From: Thermostichus sp. DRC_bins_24
GTDB lineage: Bacteria; Cyanobacteriota; Cyanobacteriia; Thermostichales; Thermostichaceae
Reading direction: 5' to 3'
Assembly (NCBI GenBank): GCA_039794845.1
Contig: JAUQVK010000050.1
Location: 1 to 36,870 of the forward strand
Length of the DNA stretch: 36,870 bases
Made by a program: the position numbers and the translations under genes. Of the stretch, positions 1 through 9,630 are shown piece by piece (position 1 is the first letter of the stretch; each line of letters starts with the position of its first letter). Under the pieces are notes generated by a model that worked only from the letters and a program-made list of their open reading frames with translations, ran no database searches and was not told where the DNA came from.

Positions 1-471
1 CCACTGCTGCCGAATGGCCTCGATCAAATCGCTGTGGGCCAGCACCTCTGCCAGGCGTTCTTGATCTCCACCTGTAAAGTAGATGCCGGTGGAGTGGCGA
101 ATTTTCTGGATAGCCTCCGGATCCCGGGCATCGAGGGGGTTGCGAATATCCAACACCTGCAGGCTGGCCGCTCCCATCTGCTGAAAAATGTTGCTGTACA
201 TCTCCCCCAGCACCGCTGGGATCCCGGAAGCCGCGGGCACGATTGTGATGTGGGCAGACTCCCCTCCCGAACGCCGGAAAAACTCCCAAAGGATGTGGCG
301 ATCATTTTCTTTGTCCTCCGCGCCCCCCACTGCGATGATGTCGGAACGGGTGGTGATGGGATCCTCCATAGCAGGATAAGTCAGCGGGTGGACATCGTTC
401 GTTTGGGTGGGACGAACCACGTTCCACTCCAGCTCACGGTGGGCAGCAGAGACATCAGACAGGTTGGGCAT
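1..471 (-). CDS. cphB: Cyanophycinase (peptidase S51 family), N-terminal part; runs off the left edge of the window
   Basis: Not in the ORF track because there is no stop in the window. Manual translation gives MPNLSDVS...SDIIAVGGAEDKENDRHILWEFFRRSGG...ITIVPAAS...GIYFTGGDQERL. GGAEDK, IVPAAS and FTGGDQ are cyanophycinase motifs. The start could alternatively be the ATG at 369. Confidence 0.85.
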   Translation of the reverse strand, partial: MPNLSDVSAAHRELEWNVVRPTQTNDVHPLTYPAMEDPITTRSDIIAVGGAEDKENDRHILWEFFRRSGGESAHITIVPAASGIPAVLGEMYSNIFQQMGAASLQVLDIRNPLDARDPEAIQKIRHSTGIYFTGGDQERLAEVLAHSDLIEAIRQQW

Positions 472-654
472 GGAGCGCAAAGGATCCCTGTGGAGCAAAT
501 GGGCACAATTCACTTTCACTATGCTACGGCCTGTGATCCGGTTTGGCGCGGCCCAACTTCGATTTCGTGGGTTAGTCAGGGTTCGCGGATGGGGGAATAA
601 TGTTCATGAGAGCGCCTCACGCCCCACTCAGCCGTTCACCCATCAGGAGCCCCC

Positions 655-897
655 ATGGCCAGAAAACCCGACGAATATCTGATCCACATCATGCTTGAGG
701 GCGGACAAACCTTGCAAGTGCGGGTCAAGGAAGCAAGAGAATACACTGAGGTGATCAACAACCTGATGGTGGGCGGAGAGGAGTTCATCACCTTGCCCAA
801 GCAAATGGACAACGAGTACATGATCGTGCGTCCCCAACGGGTGGCTGGGGTGGCGGTCGAGGCGATCTATGCTTCCAGTGTCGGTATCGACTTGTGA
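655..897 (+). CDS. Small conserved cyanobacterial hypothetical protein (80 aa)
   Basis: AGGAG RBS at 646-650. The sequence MARKPDEYLIHIMLEGG...EYMIVRPQRV resembles a cyanobacterial family recalled from memory. Confidence 0.75.
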   Translation: MARKPDEYLIHIMLEGGQTLQVRVKEAREYTEVINNLMVGGEEFITLPKQMDNEYMIVRPQRVAGVAVEAIYASSVGIDL

Positions 898-960
898 GGT
901 CAGGGATCCCTTCTCCCAAGAACGGTGTTGAAGGAAAAGCTCTGGGTTAAAGGGGGATCC

Positions 961-994
961 CAACACAAAACCCCCACCACTCAGGGCAGGGGCC
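961..994 (-). terminator. Probable intrinsic terminator of the fasciclin gene
   Basis: Minus strand reads GGCCCCTGCC-CTGAGT-GGTGGGGGTT then TTGTGTTG: a GC-rich stem with wobble pairs and a U tract about 50 nt after the stop. Confidence 0.55.
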
Positions 995-1042
995 GCCAAA
1001 ACACTAGTCCCCAAAGGGCCTAGAACCTAGGGCATTGTTAGG

Positions 1043-1579
1043 TCACTCTTGCGGAGGCATGATCACCCGATCAATGACGTGGATCACACCGTTGGAGGCT
1101 TCGATGTCTGCTGTCACCACATTGGCATCGTTGACCATAACACCGTCAGCCAAGGAGATCTCCACAGGAGAGCCTTCCACAGTGATCACTTCTCCGGCTT
1201 CCAAAGAAGTGGAGAGGGCTTCGCCGGGCACCACATGATAGGTGAGAATTTGGATCAGCTTGTCGCGGTTTTCCGGCAGCAGCAGCTCTTCCAGGGTGCC
1301 TTCCGGCAGGGCCGCAAATGCTTCGTCAGTGGGGGCGAAGACGGTGAAGGGGCCTTCCCCGGACAGAGTCTCCACCAAGCCGGCGGCCTCCAAAGCTTGG
1401 GTCAAGGTGGTGAAAGAGCCGGCCTCGATGGCAACATCCACGATGGTGCCGGTGGCTGCATCGGCAGTTTCAACAACTTCCGTGGCAGCACCGTGGCTGC
1501 TGGCATTGACCACGGGGGCAACCGCCAAGGTGGTGGCAGAGGTAACCGCCAAAGAAAGAGCGAAGAGATTGCGAACCAT
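1043..1579 (-). CDS. Secreted fasciclin (FAS1) domain protein
   Basis: Signal-peptide-like N-terminus [25 protein letters not shown]1 motifs [20 protein letters not shown] and [11 protein letters not shown]. Start moved to ATG 1579. Confidence 0.92.
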   Translation of the reverse strand: MVRNLFALSLAVTSATTLAVAPVVNASSHGAATEVVETADAATGTIVDVAIEAGSFTTLTQALEAAGLVETLSGEGPFTVFAPTDEAFAALPEGTLEELLLPENRDKLIQILTYHVVPGEALSTSLEAGEVITVEGSPVEISLADGVMVNDANVVTADIEASNGVIHVIDRVIMPPQE

Positions 1580-1948
1580 ACAATGTAACCCTTCGTGAAG
1601 AGTAGTTTTACATTCCTTCATGACGCAGGGGATCCCTCTCAGGTTCCCGAAAATCAGAAAAAACCTCAAGAAAAGATATTCTCGATCCCCTGACTCTCTT
1701 TCCAGGCAAAGATTTCGGGGCTGTGATCGCCTGTTGCACAATCCTCAAAAATACTCGGAGGATATTCCCGCATAAACAAGAATGGCTGAGAAGGGATCCC
1801 TTCAAGCGAGGAAAATCGTTACTTTTTTAACAGCACGACAAATATCCGGCCGATTGCCCGCTCGGACCACATGTCATGCCATCGGGGGTAGGTCGCCTCA
1901 CCACCCCTTAACCGCTATGCCCGTGGCAGGCTAGCGCCAATGAGGTAT

Positions 1949-1972
1949 CTTGCTACGCAAGGTGCGGAGCAC
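1949..1972 (-). repeat. 24-nt double-hairpin small dispersed repeat, intergenic copy
   Basis: Minus strand GTGC-TCC-GCAC-CTTGC-GTA-GCAAG has two perfect adjacent hairpins. The first 11 nt are identical to the element at 16058. Confidence 0.7.
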
Positions 1973-1993
1973 TGCGACCGATTTTGGGAGCGC

Positions 1994-2212
1994 TTACTCG
2001 TCCTCGCTGTCGAAGTCGTCAGCGTAATCGTCTCCGATCAGATCATCGATATCGTCAATGTCTTCTTCCAGAACAACTCCTGTGGTTTCGATGGGCTGTT
2101 CGATCAGACGACCTTCTTGGCGCAACCAATCGATGATGGAAAGGCTGCTGGGGGAGGGCACCACCGTTGGGGGTTGATCGCGGGGTTCTTCGCGTAGAGA
2201 AGGGTTGTACAT
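1994..2212 (-). CDS. DUF3134 family protein (acidic C-terminus)
   Basis: MYNPSLREEPRDQP...SIIDWLRQEGRLI followed by a D/E-rich tail. This is a cyanobacterial family usually found near cell-wall genes. Confidence 0.8.
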   Translation of the reverse strand: MYNPSLREEPRDQPPTVVPSPSSLSIIDWLRQEGRLIEQPIETTGVVLEEDIDDIDDLIGDDYADDFDSEDE

Positions 2213-2303
2213 GAGGGCGGGGTTATGGCCAAAGGTTCGGGTTTCAGGCAATGAAGGGATAATGAAGGGATTTTGTTCAGTAAGGATCCCAACCAGCCAT
2301 CCT

Positions 2304-3653
2304 CTAGCTTAGCTTACCCTCTTGCCACTCCTGCAAAAAGCGGTTCAGCACCCCCTCTAGTTCTACTGCCCGCGCCGCTTTGAACAACAGGCGATCTCCC
2401 GCTTGTACCTGATGCAGCAATACCTCGAGCAGTGTGGTTACCTCCCCGAAGCGTTCCGCCTGAGCAGCGGGCTGTTGGTCAAGCAGCGGTTGCATTTCCC
2501 CTTCGGGATCCAAAAGCAGCACCCGATCCAATCCCAAAGGGGCAGCAGCCCGTCCCACTTCTGCATAGAGCTGAGGGGCGTGGTCGCCCAGTTCCCGCAT
2601 TGGCCCCAAAATTGCCCAGCGTCTTTTTCCGGAGGTTTGGGCCAACAGGTGTAGGGCGGCGATCATCGCTTCGGGTGAGGCATTGTAGGTTTCATCCAAA
2701 ACTTCCACATCGCCGGGCAACTTCAGGTGTTGGTTGCGCCCCTTCAATTCGGCGGGCAGTTCTATGGGCTCTTGCAGCCGCTCCAGATCCAGCCCCAAGC
2801 TGAGCAGTGTCGCCAAAACCCCCATCCAATTCAGAGCATGGTGCCGGCCGGGCAAAGGCACGGGCAGGGTCAATCCCTTCAAGGTCACCCTTTGCCCGAC
2901 GGGATCCCATTCTCCCTGCAAATCTCCCCGGTCTAGGCCGTAGGTGAGGGTTTGCCCCGACCATACCCCGGCAGCGGTGGCCAACAGGAGGGGATCCTCT
3001 CCATTCAGTAGGGCAACCCCCTGGCCCAACTCTTGCAACAGCTCGCACTTGGCGGCGGCAATGGCGGCACGGGATCCCAGTCGGCCAATGTGGGCGGTGC
3101 CGATGTGGGTGATCAGGGCATGGGTAGGTTGGGCCATCCGGGCCAGCCGACGAATTTCCCCGGGGCCGCGCATGGCCATTTCCAAGACGGCGAACTGGTG
3201 CTCGGGTTGCATCTGTAGTAGTGTTTGGGCCACACCGATGTCGTTGTTGTGATTGGCATGGCTTTTGAGAACGGTGCCGTATCGAGATAAAGCCGCCGCC
3301 AACATCTCTTTGCTGCTGGTTTTGCCCGCCGAGCCGGTGATCGCCACCACCGGAATGGGAAACTGGGCCCGCCACCCTTTGGCGATCTGTTGATAGGCGG
3401 CCAGGGTATCGGGCACGCGAAAATGGGATCCCGCCACCGCTTGCTCACTGATCACAGCCACAGCCCCCTGGGCCAAGGCTTGGGGAATGAAATCGTGCCC
3501 GTCAAAGCGTTCTCCCCGTAAAGCGATAAATACATCCCCTGCTCGCAGTCGGCGGCTATCGGTACAGAGGGCCGGAAGGGGCAGGCGCAGCAGGCTGGGA
3601 TCCCCTTGTAGGGGAGTGTGGAGCAGGTCGGCCAGCATTTGCAGCGTGGGCAT
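2304..3653 (-). CDS. murF: UDP-N-acetylmuramoyl-tripeptide--D-alanyl-D-alanine ligase
   Basis: Motifs TDSR, GERFDGHDF, AITGSAGKTSSKE (P-loop), NHNNDIG, VLEMAM, DETYNASP and LGPMRELG. Confidence 0.96.
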   Translation of the reverse strand: MPTLQMLADLLHTPLQGDPSLLRLPLPALCTDSRRLRAGDVFIALRGERFDGHDFIPQALAQGAVAVISEQAVAGSHFRVPDTLAAYQQIAKGWRAQFPIPVVAITGSAGKTSSKEMLAAALSRYGTVLKSHANHNNDIGVAQTLLQMQPEHQFAVLEMAMRGPGEIRRLARMAQPTHALITHIGTAHIGRLGSRAAIAAAKCELLQELGQGVALLNGEDPLLLATAAGVWSGQTLTYGLDRGDLQGEWDPVGQRVTLKGLTLPVPLPGRHHALNWMGVLATLLSLGLDLERLQEPIELPAELKGRNQHLKLPGDVEVLDETYNASPEAMIAALHLLAQTSGKRRWAILGPMRELGDHAPQLYAEVGRAAAPLGLDRVLLLDPEGEMQPLLDQQPAAQAERFGEVTTLLEVLLHQVQAGDRLLFKAARAVELEGVLNRFLQEWQEGKLS

Positions 3654-3722
3654 AGGGCGGAGGAATAGACTGGATCCAGAGTAAAACCCGCCAGGGCATA
3701 GAGAATCACTGCGAGGGATCCC

Positions 3723-4181
3723 GTGAGCTTGCGAGAGAGAATCGACGCCGACCTTAAGGCCGCCATGAAGGCGAAGGACAAAACCCGCCTGGAGACGGTG
3801 CGCAGCATCAAAAAAGTGATCCTGGAAAAAGAATCCAGCGTGCGGGCCAGCGGCCAGACCTCCCTAACCCCTGAGCAAGAGCTGGAGCTGCTCTCCCAAC
3901 TGGCCAAACAACGGCGCGACGCCATTCAGCAGTACCAACAGGCCCAGCGGGAGGATTTGGCGGAGCAGGAGCGTCAAGAGCTAGCCATCCTAGAAGAATA
4001 CTTGCCCCGCCAACTAACCGACGCCGAATTGGATGCGGTGCTGGATCAGCTGATCACCGATTTGGGAGCCAAAACTCCCAAAGATATGGGCAAGGTGATG
4101 AGCGCTGCCATGCAACACCTAAAAGGCCAAGCGGATGGCAAACGGGTGCAGGAGCGGGTCAAGGCCAAGTTGACCGCCTGA
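3723..4181 (+). CDS. GatB/YqeY domain protein
   Basis: DLKAAMKAKDK, KQRRDAIQQY, YLPRQL, KDMGKVM, GQADGK. Confidence 0.93.
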   Translation: MSLRERIDADLKAAMKAKDKTRLETVRSIKKVILEKESSVRASGQTSLTPEQELELLSQLAKQRRDAIQQYQQAQREDLAEQERQELAILEEYLPRQLTDAELDAVLDQLITDLGAKTPKDMGKVMSAAMQHLKGQADGKRVQERVKAKLTA

Positions 4182-4264
4182 ACAGGGATCCCTTTCACCT
4201 CCTTTCACCCAGTAGATTGCAGATGAGCCGTAGGGATCCCTGTTGTTCACCCGTGAGATCCCAC

Positions 4265-6349
4265 CTAACTCAGGGATGAACCACAGCAGCTTTTGGTTTT
4301 CGGCGGGGAAGGGGGCACATCCAGAGCGGGGTTACGGTCGAAAAAGCCCACGGGTTTAAGCATAAAACCGATGTAGCTGACGGGCATAACCGGCCAGTCT
4401 TCTGGGCGCGGCAAGTGGTTACAGCCAAAGCTGTACCAGAGCACCAGCTCCGTATTCTCAATGGAGCGATTCGCTTGAGTCCATTTCACCAAGCCCTCGC
4501 CGCCGGGGTGCTGGTTGGGGTAGTCACCCGCCGGAAATTTCTCCTCAGGATGATAGGGCGTTGCCCAGAGGTGATAGGTCAGGTAACCCGCCCGTCGATG
4601 CAGCCAGGAGTCAGGCTGAGCCAACAGCTGCACATTCTCTCCCGGCAGGAGTTTGTAGCCCACCGCTTGGCCAAGACGATTGCGGCTTTGAGGGTTCACA
4701 ATCTTCCAGTAGCGCCCTTGCAAGGGATCCACGGTTTGGGCAGCCTGTTGCTCGGTTTTCAACAGGGTGGCCTGCGCCCGAAAGGCGTTGCCATGGGGGT
4801 TTTCGGGGCCAATGGGTAGCGCCTGCGAATGCACCTCGTAAAGGGAGTTGTGGTCTCCGTCCACCGCCATATCCAGCCGCACCGTGAAAAAGTGTTGATG
4901 GTTCAATCCCGCCAGTTGGGGAGCCACCAGAGTGCCAAACTCGGGCTCCTCTCCAGGCAGGGTGGCACAGGTGTTGATAATGCCCGTTAATTTGGCCTCA
5001 AACTCTAGGGTGCCATCTTGGTAGAAGTACCAAAAAAAGCCGTAGTCGTAGTTGCCCACCGTGGTGAAGAAGGAGATCACCAGCCGCCGCGAGCGCCGTA
5101 CTTGGGCCCGTTCGGTGCGCCAATCGCTGTGCTTCCACAGAATGCCAAAGTCCTCTTCGTGCATACAAACGGCATTTTTCAAGCGCATCGGCTCGCCACT
5201 GTTGGTGTGTAAATCGGCATCAAAGTAGTAAATTTCCCCCAGACAGTCGCACCCCAATCGCAGGGAGTTGGCCTGCATCCCGATCGCATATTCCCCCACA
5301 TCAAAGGCATTTTTGCGAAAGTGTGGGTCGCGGGGATCCCCGTAGGGCACCACCATTTCCGCTACAGAAGCCCGGTAGAGAATGGGGCGAATCTGGCCTT
5401 GCTCGCCGGCCTCCGGCAAACCTTGATCGTCTGCATAGCCCACCTGATGCAACACCAAACCCTCGCGGGGGTTGAAACTGATGCGCAGATCCCACTTTTG
5501 CCAGCGAATGTGATGACCTTCCACCTGAAAGCTCACCCCCTGGGGTTGGGTGATCTCCAGAGGTTTTAAGTCGGTGCGAAAGTCTTTGAAAAACAGCTCG
5601 TCGAAGTTACTGGATTCTGGCGGTAGCGGCCATAGGCCCCGATCCTCAATCTTGACCACCTGCATGCGGTTCAGGTCAATCCAAGGGTTCAACCCCTCGA
5701 TGGGGCGGGCATAGCCGTTGTCGCAGGGTTCTGAGCGCAAAAAGCACAGGCCCCGCACCAGCCGTTGTCCCTGTTCTTCCGGGATCCCGAAATGGCCAAT
5801 CGTCCAATAATCCACCATCACCAGGCTGACATCTTGGATCCCACGCCGCCCCAAGGCCGCCAAAAAACCGGGATCCTCCTTGAGCAGGCGATCGCACTCG
5901 TACACTTCATCATCCAACAGTGCCGGTTGTACGCCGGGAATGAGCCGCCAGGAGCGCACCTGTTGTGCCGAGAGAGAGACCACCGCCTCGTAGGTACTGC
6001 CGCCGGAGCGATCCAAAAGCACCACAAAAGCCTGTCGATCCCAGCTCATGCCGGGCTTCCAAGCCGACATCCAACGGCGATCCGGCTCTTGTAATTGGAT
6101 GGTGACAAAACGCCACTGATCCGTGATGGGCCGTTGCTGGCGCAGGATCTTCACCGCCTCTTGAATCTCTGCGGCACTGAGGGGATCCAACGGGTGCAAT
6201 GGGGGGGGTAGTGTTTGCAGAGGGGCTTCAAGTTTGGCAGACAACGTGGGCAAGCTCGCCTTGACTTGTCCATCACGGCTGCGAGAAAGTTCACAAACCA
6301 CAGGAATAACCTTGAATTCTTTTGGGAAAGGCCAAAGGGATCCCGTCAA
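4265..6349 (-). CDS. Copper-containing primary amine oxidase (TPQ-dependent)
   Basis: HPLDPLS N-terminus, catalytic Asp in KNAFDVGEY, TPQ consensus GNYDY, copper ligands HQH and HLPRPEDWPVMP. The start codon is uncertain (TTG 6349 or GTG 6301). Confidence 0.95.
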   Translation of the reverse strand: MTGSLWPFPKEFKVIPVVCELSRSRDGQVKASLPTLSAKLEAPLQTLPPPLHPLDPLSAAEIQEAVKILRQQRPITDQWRFVTIQLQEPDRRWMSAWKPGMSWDRQAFVVLLDRSGGSTYEAVVSLSAQQVRSWRLIPGVQPALLDDEVYECDRLLKEDPGFLAALGRRGIQDVSLVMVDYWTIGHFGIPEEQGQRLVRGLCFLRSEPCDNGYARPIEGLNPWIDLNRMQVVKIEDRGLWPLPPESSNFDELFFKDFRTDLKPLEITQPQGVSFQVEGHHIRWQKWDLRISFNPREGLVLHQVGYADDQGLPEAGEQGQIRPILYRASVAEMVVPYGDPRDPHFRKNAFDVGEYAIGMQANSLRLGCDCLGEIYYFDADLHTNSGEPMRLKNAVCMHEEDFGILWKHSDWRTERAQVRRSRRLVISFFTTVGNYDYGFFWYFYQDGTLEFEAKLTGIINTCATLPGEEPEFGTLVAPQLAGLNHQHFFTVRLDMAVDGDHNSLYEVHSQALPIGPENPHGNAFRAQATLLKTEQQAAQTVDPLQGRYWKIVNPQSRNRLGQAVGYKLLPGENVQLLAQPDSWLHRRAGYLTYHLWATPYHPEEKFPAGDYPNQHPGGEGLVKWTQANRSIENTELVLWYSFGCNHLPRPEDWPVMPVSYIGFMLKPVGFFDRNPALDVPPSPPKTKSCCGSSLS

Positions 6350-7016
6350 CTGTTCATCACAGAAGCGGGTAAGGCCAAACCAGGCCGACGGGATCCCGCA
6401 AAACAGAGAGAAAGATTGGCGCCAAGCTAGAACCCCGTTCCGCTATCCAAAGCAGAGGGAAAACGAGGGCAGGTTCCGCAGGCAAGCCAAAACTGGGGAG
6501 AATGCTTGTCGCCCCCAGTGCTACCACATCTTCCCCCTAACCAAAAGACGAGGGCAGCGGCACTTTCAGAAGGATATAAGTCAGTCGGGAAAAGCTTGGA
6601 ATGGGTTTTGCTGGGAGCAGACCCAAAATCAGGTGCAGCAGAAACTTTAGGCTTAACGTCGCATAGGACAGCATAAAAAAGCAGAAACGCTTCATGCAGG
6701 CTGAGGGCGAAACTACTCGAAAGAGGCTCAACCCAAAGGCTCACCTTCTCCGATGCGCGAGAACCTGGCGCACCTTACCCTCACCCCACCTGCTGGGGGG
6801 ATCCTGATCCACCAGGATCCGAAACATAGTTGCTCACTACTATAGCAGAGGGCTGGCCCTCTCGGCTGAGGGGCAGGGGAGGAAAGTCCTACTAACCGTT
6901 TGAGAAAGTGCACCCCTACTTTTGAAACTCAAGCCCGCAGAGTTAAGGATCCCTGACAATCCAAGGCCCTCAATCTCCATCAAAAATCAAAATCCGTCCA
7001 CAATGGGACGCAGGTT

Positions 7017-7030
7017 GTAGAGGATTTTAC
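7017..7030. promoter_or_regulatory. Putative NtcA binding site
   Basis: T-GTA-GAGGATTT-TAC-A is a perfect GTA-N8-TAC with the preferred T/A flanks, 14 nt upstream of the kinase ATG. Confidence 0.55.
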
Positions 7031-7044
7031 AGTTGGCTGGTGAG

Positions 7045-9315
7045 ATGCCTTCATTTCCATACCGCTTGGTGCCGGTGCAACCGGGAGACAATCGCTTTTA
7101 TCCAGAGCATCTGCATCTGGCGCTGGAGGCAACACAGCTTGGCTATTGGCAAATGGATTTGCGCAACTGGCAACTGAGCGCCTCACCCCAATGCAAAGCC
7201 AAATATGGATGGGATCCCGACCAGGACTTCACCCTGGAGATGTTTTTGGATTGCATCCACCCCGAAGACCGGGAGAAGGTGCTCCAGGCCTTTCAATCTG
7301 TCAGCAGTTCGGATCCCAACTTTTCGGTGGAGTACCGCTGCTATTGGGCGGATCGACAACTGCGCTGGAACCTATCGATGGGTATTGCCTTGGGGGACCG
7401 ACAGGGCAAGCCTCAACAAATCGTCGGCGTTACCCTCGATATTTCCGAACGCAAACAAACAGAATTGAGGCTGCAGAAGCGCATTGAGCGGGAACAGGTG
7501 CTCAACCGGCTGGTGCAGGCGATCAATGCTTCCTTGGATTTGCCCACCCTTTTTGAGGTAGCGGTGCAGCAGGTGGGTCGGGTTTTACAGGCCGCTCGGG
7601 TCACCCTTTATCAATATCTGCCCGGCGAAGGAGTGTGGGTGGGCATTGCCAGCCATAGGGAATCGGCAGACTTGCCCAGCACCCTGAACCGGCGGGTGAC
7701 GGATACCAACGAGTTTAGGGTCATCGACCACATGAAACGGCTGCAGGTGTTTTGTGTGCAGGATCCGGAGCAGGCTGCCGACGCTTCCCCCAACTTTCAA
7801 ACGGTTCTGCGAGAAAAACATGAGCATCAGCTCGGCCCTTGGCTGGCGGTGCCCGTCGCCCATCAAGGTCACCTGTGGGGGGGCCTATCCTTACGGCGCT
7901 TGACGACGGATCCCGATTGGCAACCGGATGAAATCGAGCTGACGGTGGCGATCAGCGATCACCTGATGGTGGCCATTCAACAGGCAGAACTTTATCAAAA
8001 GCTGCAACAAACCAATGCGGAATTGGATTACCAAGTGCGGGTGCGCAATGCAGAAATTCAGCAAGCCTACAACTACGAAGCGCTGCTGCAGCTGATCACC
8101 GAAGAAATCCGCGCCAGTTTGGATGAACACCACATTTTGGAGACGGTGGCCCAAGAATTGGCCATGAGCCTGAACCTCTCCAACTGTGCCATTGCCCTGC
8201 ACGATCCAGACCGGCAAGTCAGTGTTTTGGCGGTGGATTACCTGGCGGGCGAAGGGCTCCGCCGCTTTCCTTTAGAGATCCCATTTGCAGATTTTGCCGA
8301 GGTGTTCAACCAGCTCAGTCGTGGGCAAATCTGTCATTTCAGCAACTTCCATCATCCCTGCTGGCCCAGCCATGATCGCTACACCCTCCTAATTGCCCCC
8401 ATTTACGATGACGGGGATCCGACCCGACGGGATGGGGAGCCGCGGGTGTTGGGGGATATTTGCGGATCCCGGCCTCCAGGGCAGGTGTTTACGGAGCGAG
8501 AACAGCGCTTGATCCAACGGGTTGCCAACCAGTGTGCCATTGCCATTCGTCAGGCCCGCTTTTACCAAACCATTCAGCAGCAGGTGCAGCAATTGCAAAC
8601 CCTCAACCAACTGAAGGATGAGTTTCTGCACATGGTCTCCCACGAGATGCGCACGCCCCTCACCAATATGAAGTTGGCCATCGGGTTCCTTGCAAAAGCT
8701 AATTTAACAGAACGAGAAAGGCGCTATTTACACATTTTGGAGATGGAAACCAACCGCGAGATCGACTTGATCAACGATCTGCTGGAGTTGCAAGCGATCG
8801 AATCGGGGAATAAAGCCCTTAAGCTGTCCTGTTTATCTCCCCAAGAGTGGATCGAAGATCTTTCAGCGCCGTTTTTGATGCGGGCCACCGAACAGCGACA
8901 ACACTTTCACGTGCAGAGGGATCCCCATCTTTCGCCCATTTATACCGATGAAAGTTTGCTGTCGCGGGTGGTGAGCGAGCTTTTGAACAATGCCTGCAAA
9001 TACACCCCCGCTGAAGAAAGCATTCATTTGCGAGTAAACCAAGCGATTCAGAACGGCACCTTGGGCTGGCTGATCACCGTACGCAATACCGGCGTGGAAA
9101 TTCCGGCGCAGGCTTTGCCCCATCTGTTTGAGAAGTTTTACCGCATTGCCCACTTGGATCGGCGCAACGTTGGAGGGACAGGCTTGGGTTTGTCCTTGGC
9201 CCAAAAAGCGGTAGAGCTGTTGCAGGGATCCCTAACGGTGGAAAGCCACGCAGAGCAGGTGGTATTTCATGTCTGGTGCCCGCACCAGGGCAGCCCCTTA
9301 GACTCCCAAGACTAG
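7045..9315 (+). CDS. PAS/PAC-GAF-GAF sensor histidine kinase
   Basis: PAS_3 (IHPEDRE, VGVTLDISERK), two GAF domains, H-box SHEMRTPL, N-box ELLNNACKYT, G-boxes FEKFYR and GGTGLGL. ATG 7045 is preferred to TTG 7033. Confidence 0.93.
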   Translation: MPSFPYRLVPVQPGDNRFYPEHLHLALEATQLGYWQMDLRNWQLSASPQCKAKYGWDPDQDFTLEMFLDCIHPEDREKVLQAFQSVSSSDPNFSVEYRCYWADRQLRWNLSMGIALGDRQGKPQQIVGVTLDISERKQTELRLQKRIEREQVLNRLVQAINASLDLPTLFEVAVQQVGRVLQAARVTLYQYLPGEGVWVGIASHRESADLPSTLNRRVTDTNEFRVIDHMKRLQVFCVQDPEQAADASPNFQTVLREKHEHQLGPWLAVPVAHQGHLWGGLSLRRLTTDPDWQPDEIELTVAISDHLMVAIQQAELYQKLQQTNAELDYQVRVRNAEIQQAYNYEALLQLITEEIRASLDEHHILETVAQELAMSLNLSNCAIALHDPDRQVSVLAVDYLAGEGLRRFPLEIPFADFAEVFNQLSRGQICHFSNFHHPCWPSHDRYTLLIAPIYDDGDPTRRDGEPRVLGDICGSRPPGQVFTEREQRLIQRVANQCAIAIRQARFYQTIQQQVQQLQTLNQLKDEFLHMVSHEMRTPLTNMKLAIGFLAKANLTERERRYLHILEMETNREIDLINDLLELQAIESGNKALKLSCLSPQEWIEDLSAPFLMRATEQRQHFHVQRDPHLSPIYTDESLLSRVVSELLNNACKYTPAEESIHLRVNQAIQNGTLGWLITVRNTGVEIPAQALPHLFEKFYRIAHLDRRNVGGTGLGLSLAQKAVELLQGSLTVESHAEQVVFHVWCPHQGSPLDSQD

Positions 9316-9381
9316 TTCCATTCATTGCCCTAAGCCCTAAGGACGACCTGGAGGCTCACAGCTTGGTTGAGTCGGCCCAAA

Positions 9382-9454
9382 CGCCTTGCGCAGGACTCGA
9401 ACCTGCAACCATCGACTTAGAAGGTCGGTGCTCTATCCTTTGAGCTAGCAAGGC
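9382..9454 (-). tRNA. tRNA-Arg (anticodon UCU), CCA not encoded
   Basis: GCCTTGC/GCAAGGC acceptor stem, D arm GCTC-AAAGGATA-GAGC, anticodon loop CTTCTAA, T arm GCAGG-TTCGAGT-CCTGC. Confidence 0.96.
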
Positions 9455-9630
9455 CAGAGACGTTTTGCCGCAAGGCCATTATATCCCCGCCGGTTGAGCG
9501 TTCAGTTTGGGCCCCTTCTGGCGAAGTTCTGCATTGCTGCTGAGGCAAGTTGCGCGGTTTGACTTAAGGATCTGGAGCGGGATCCTTCCACCATAGAGAT
9601 ATTGGCGATGGTGTTTTTCTTGCTCAGGTT

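Noticed and set aside
8408..8445. Extra residues GDPTRRDGEPR in the kinase second GAF
   Set aside because: Only loose GA(C/T)GGG repeats are present, with no hairpin architecture. It cannot be called an element without an alignment.
7500..8560. GAF domains as cyanobacteriochrome photosensors
   Set aside because: The first GAF lacks the Asp-motif and the bilin-binding Cys-His. The second has Cys residues but not in a recognisable CBCR context.
9382..9454. tRNA-Arg as the integration site of an island containing the kinase and amine oxidase
   Set aside because: No duplicated tRNA 3' end, integrase or compositional shift was seen, and the neighbouring genes carry normal GGGATCCC density.
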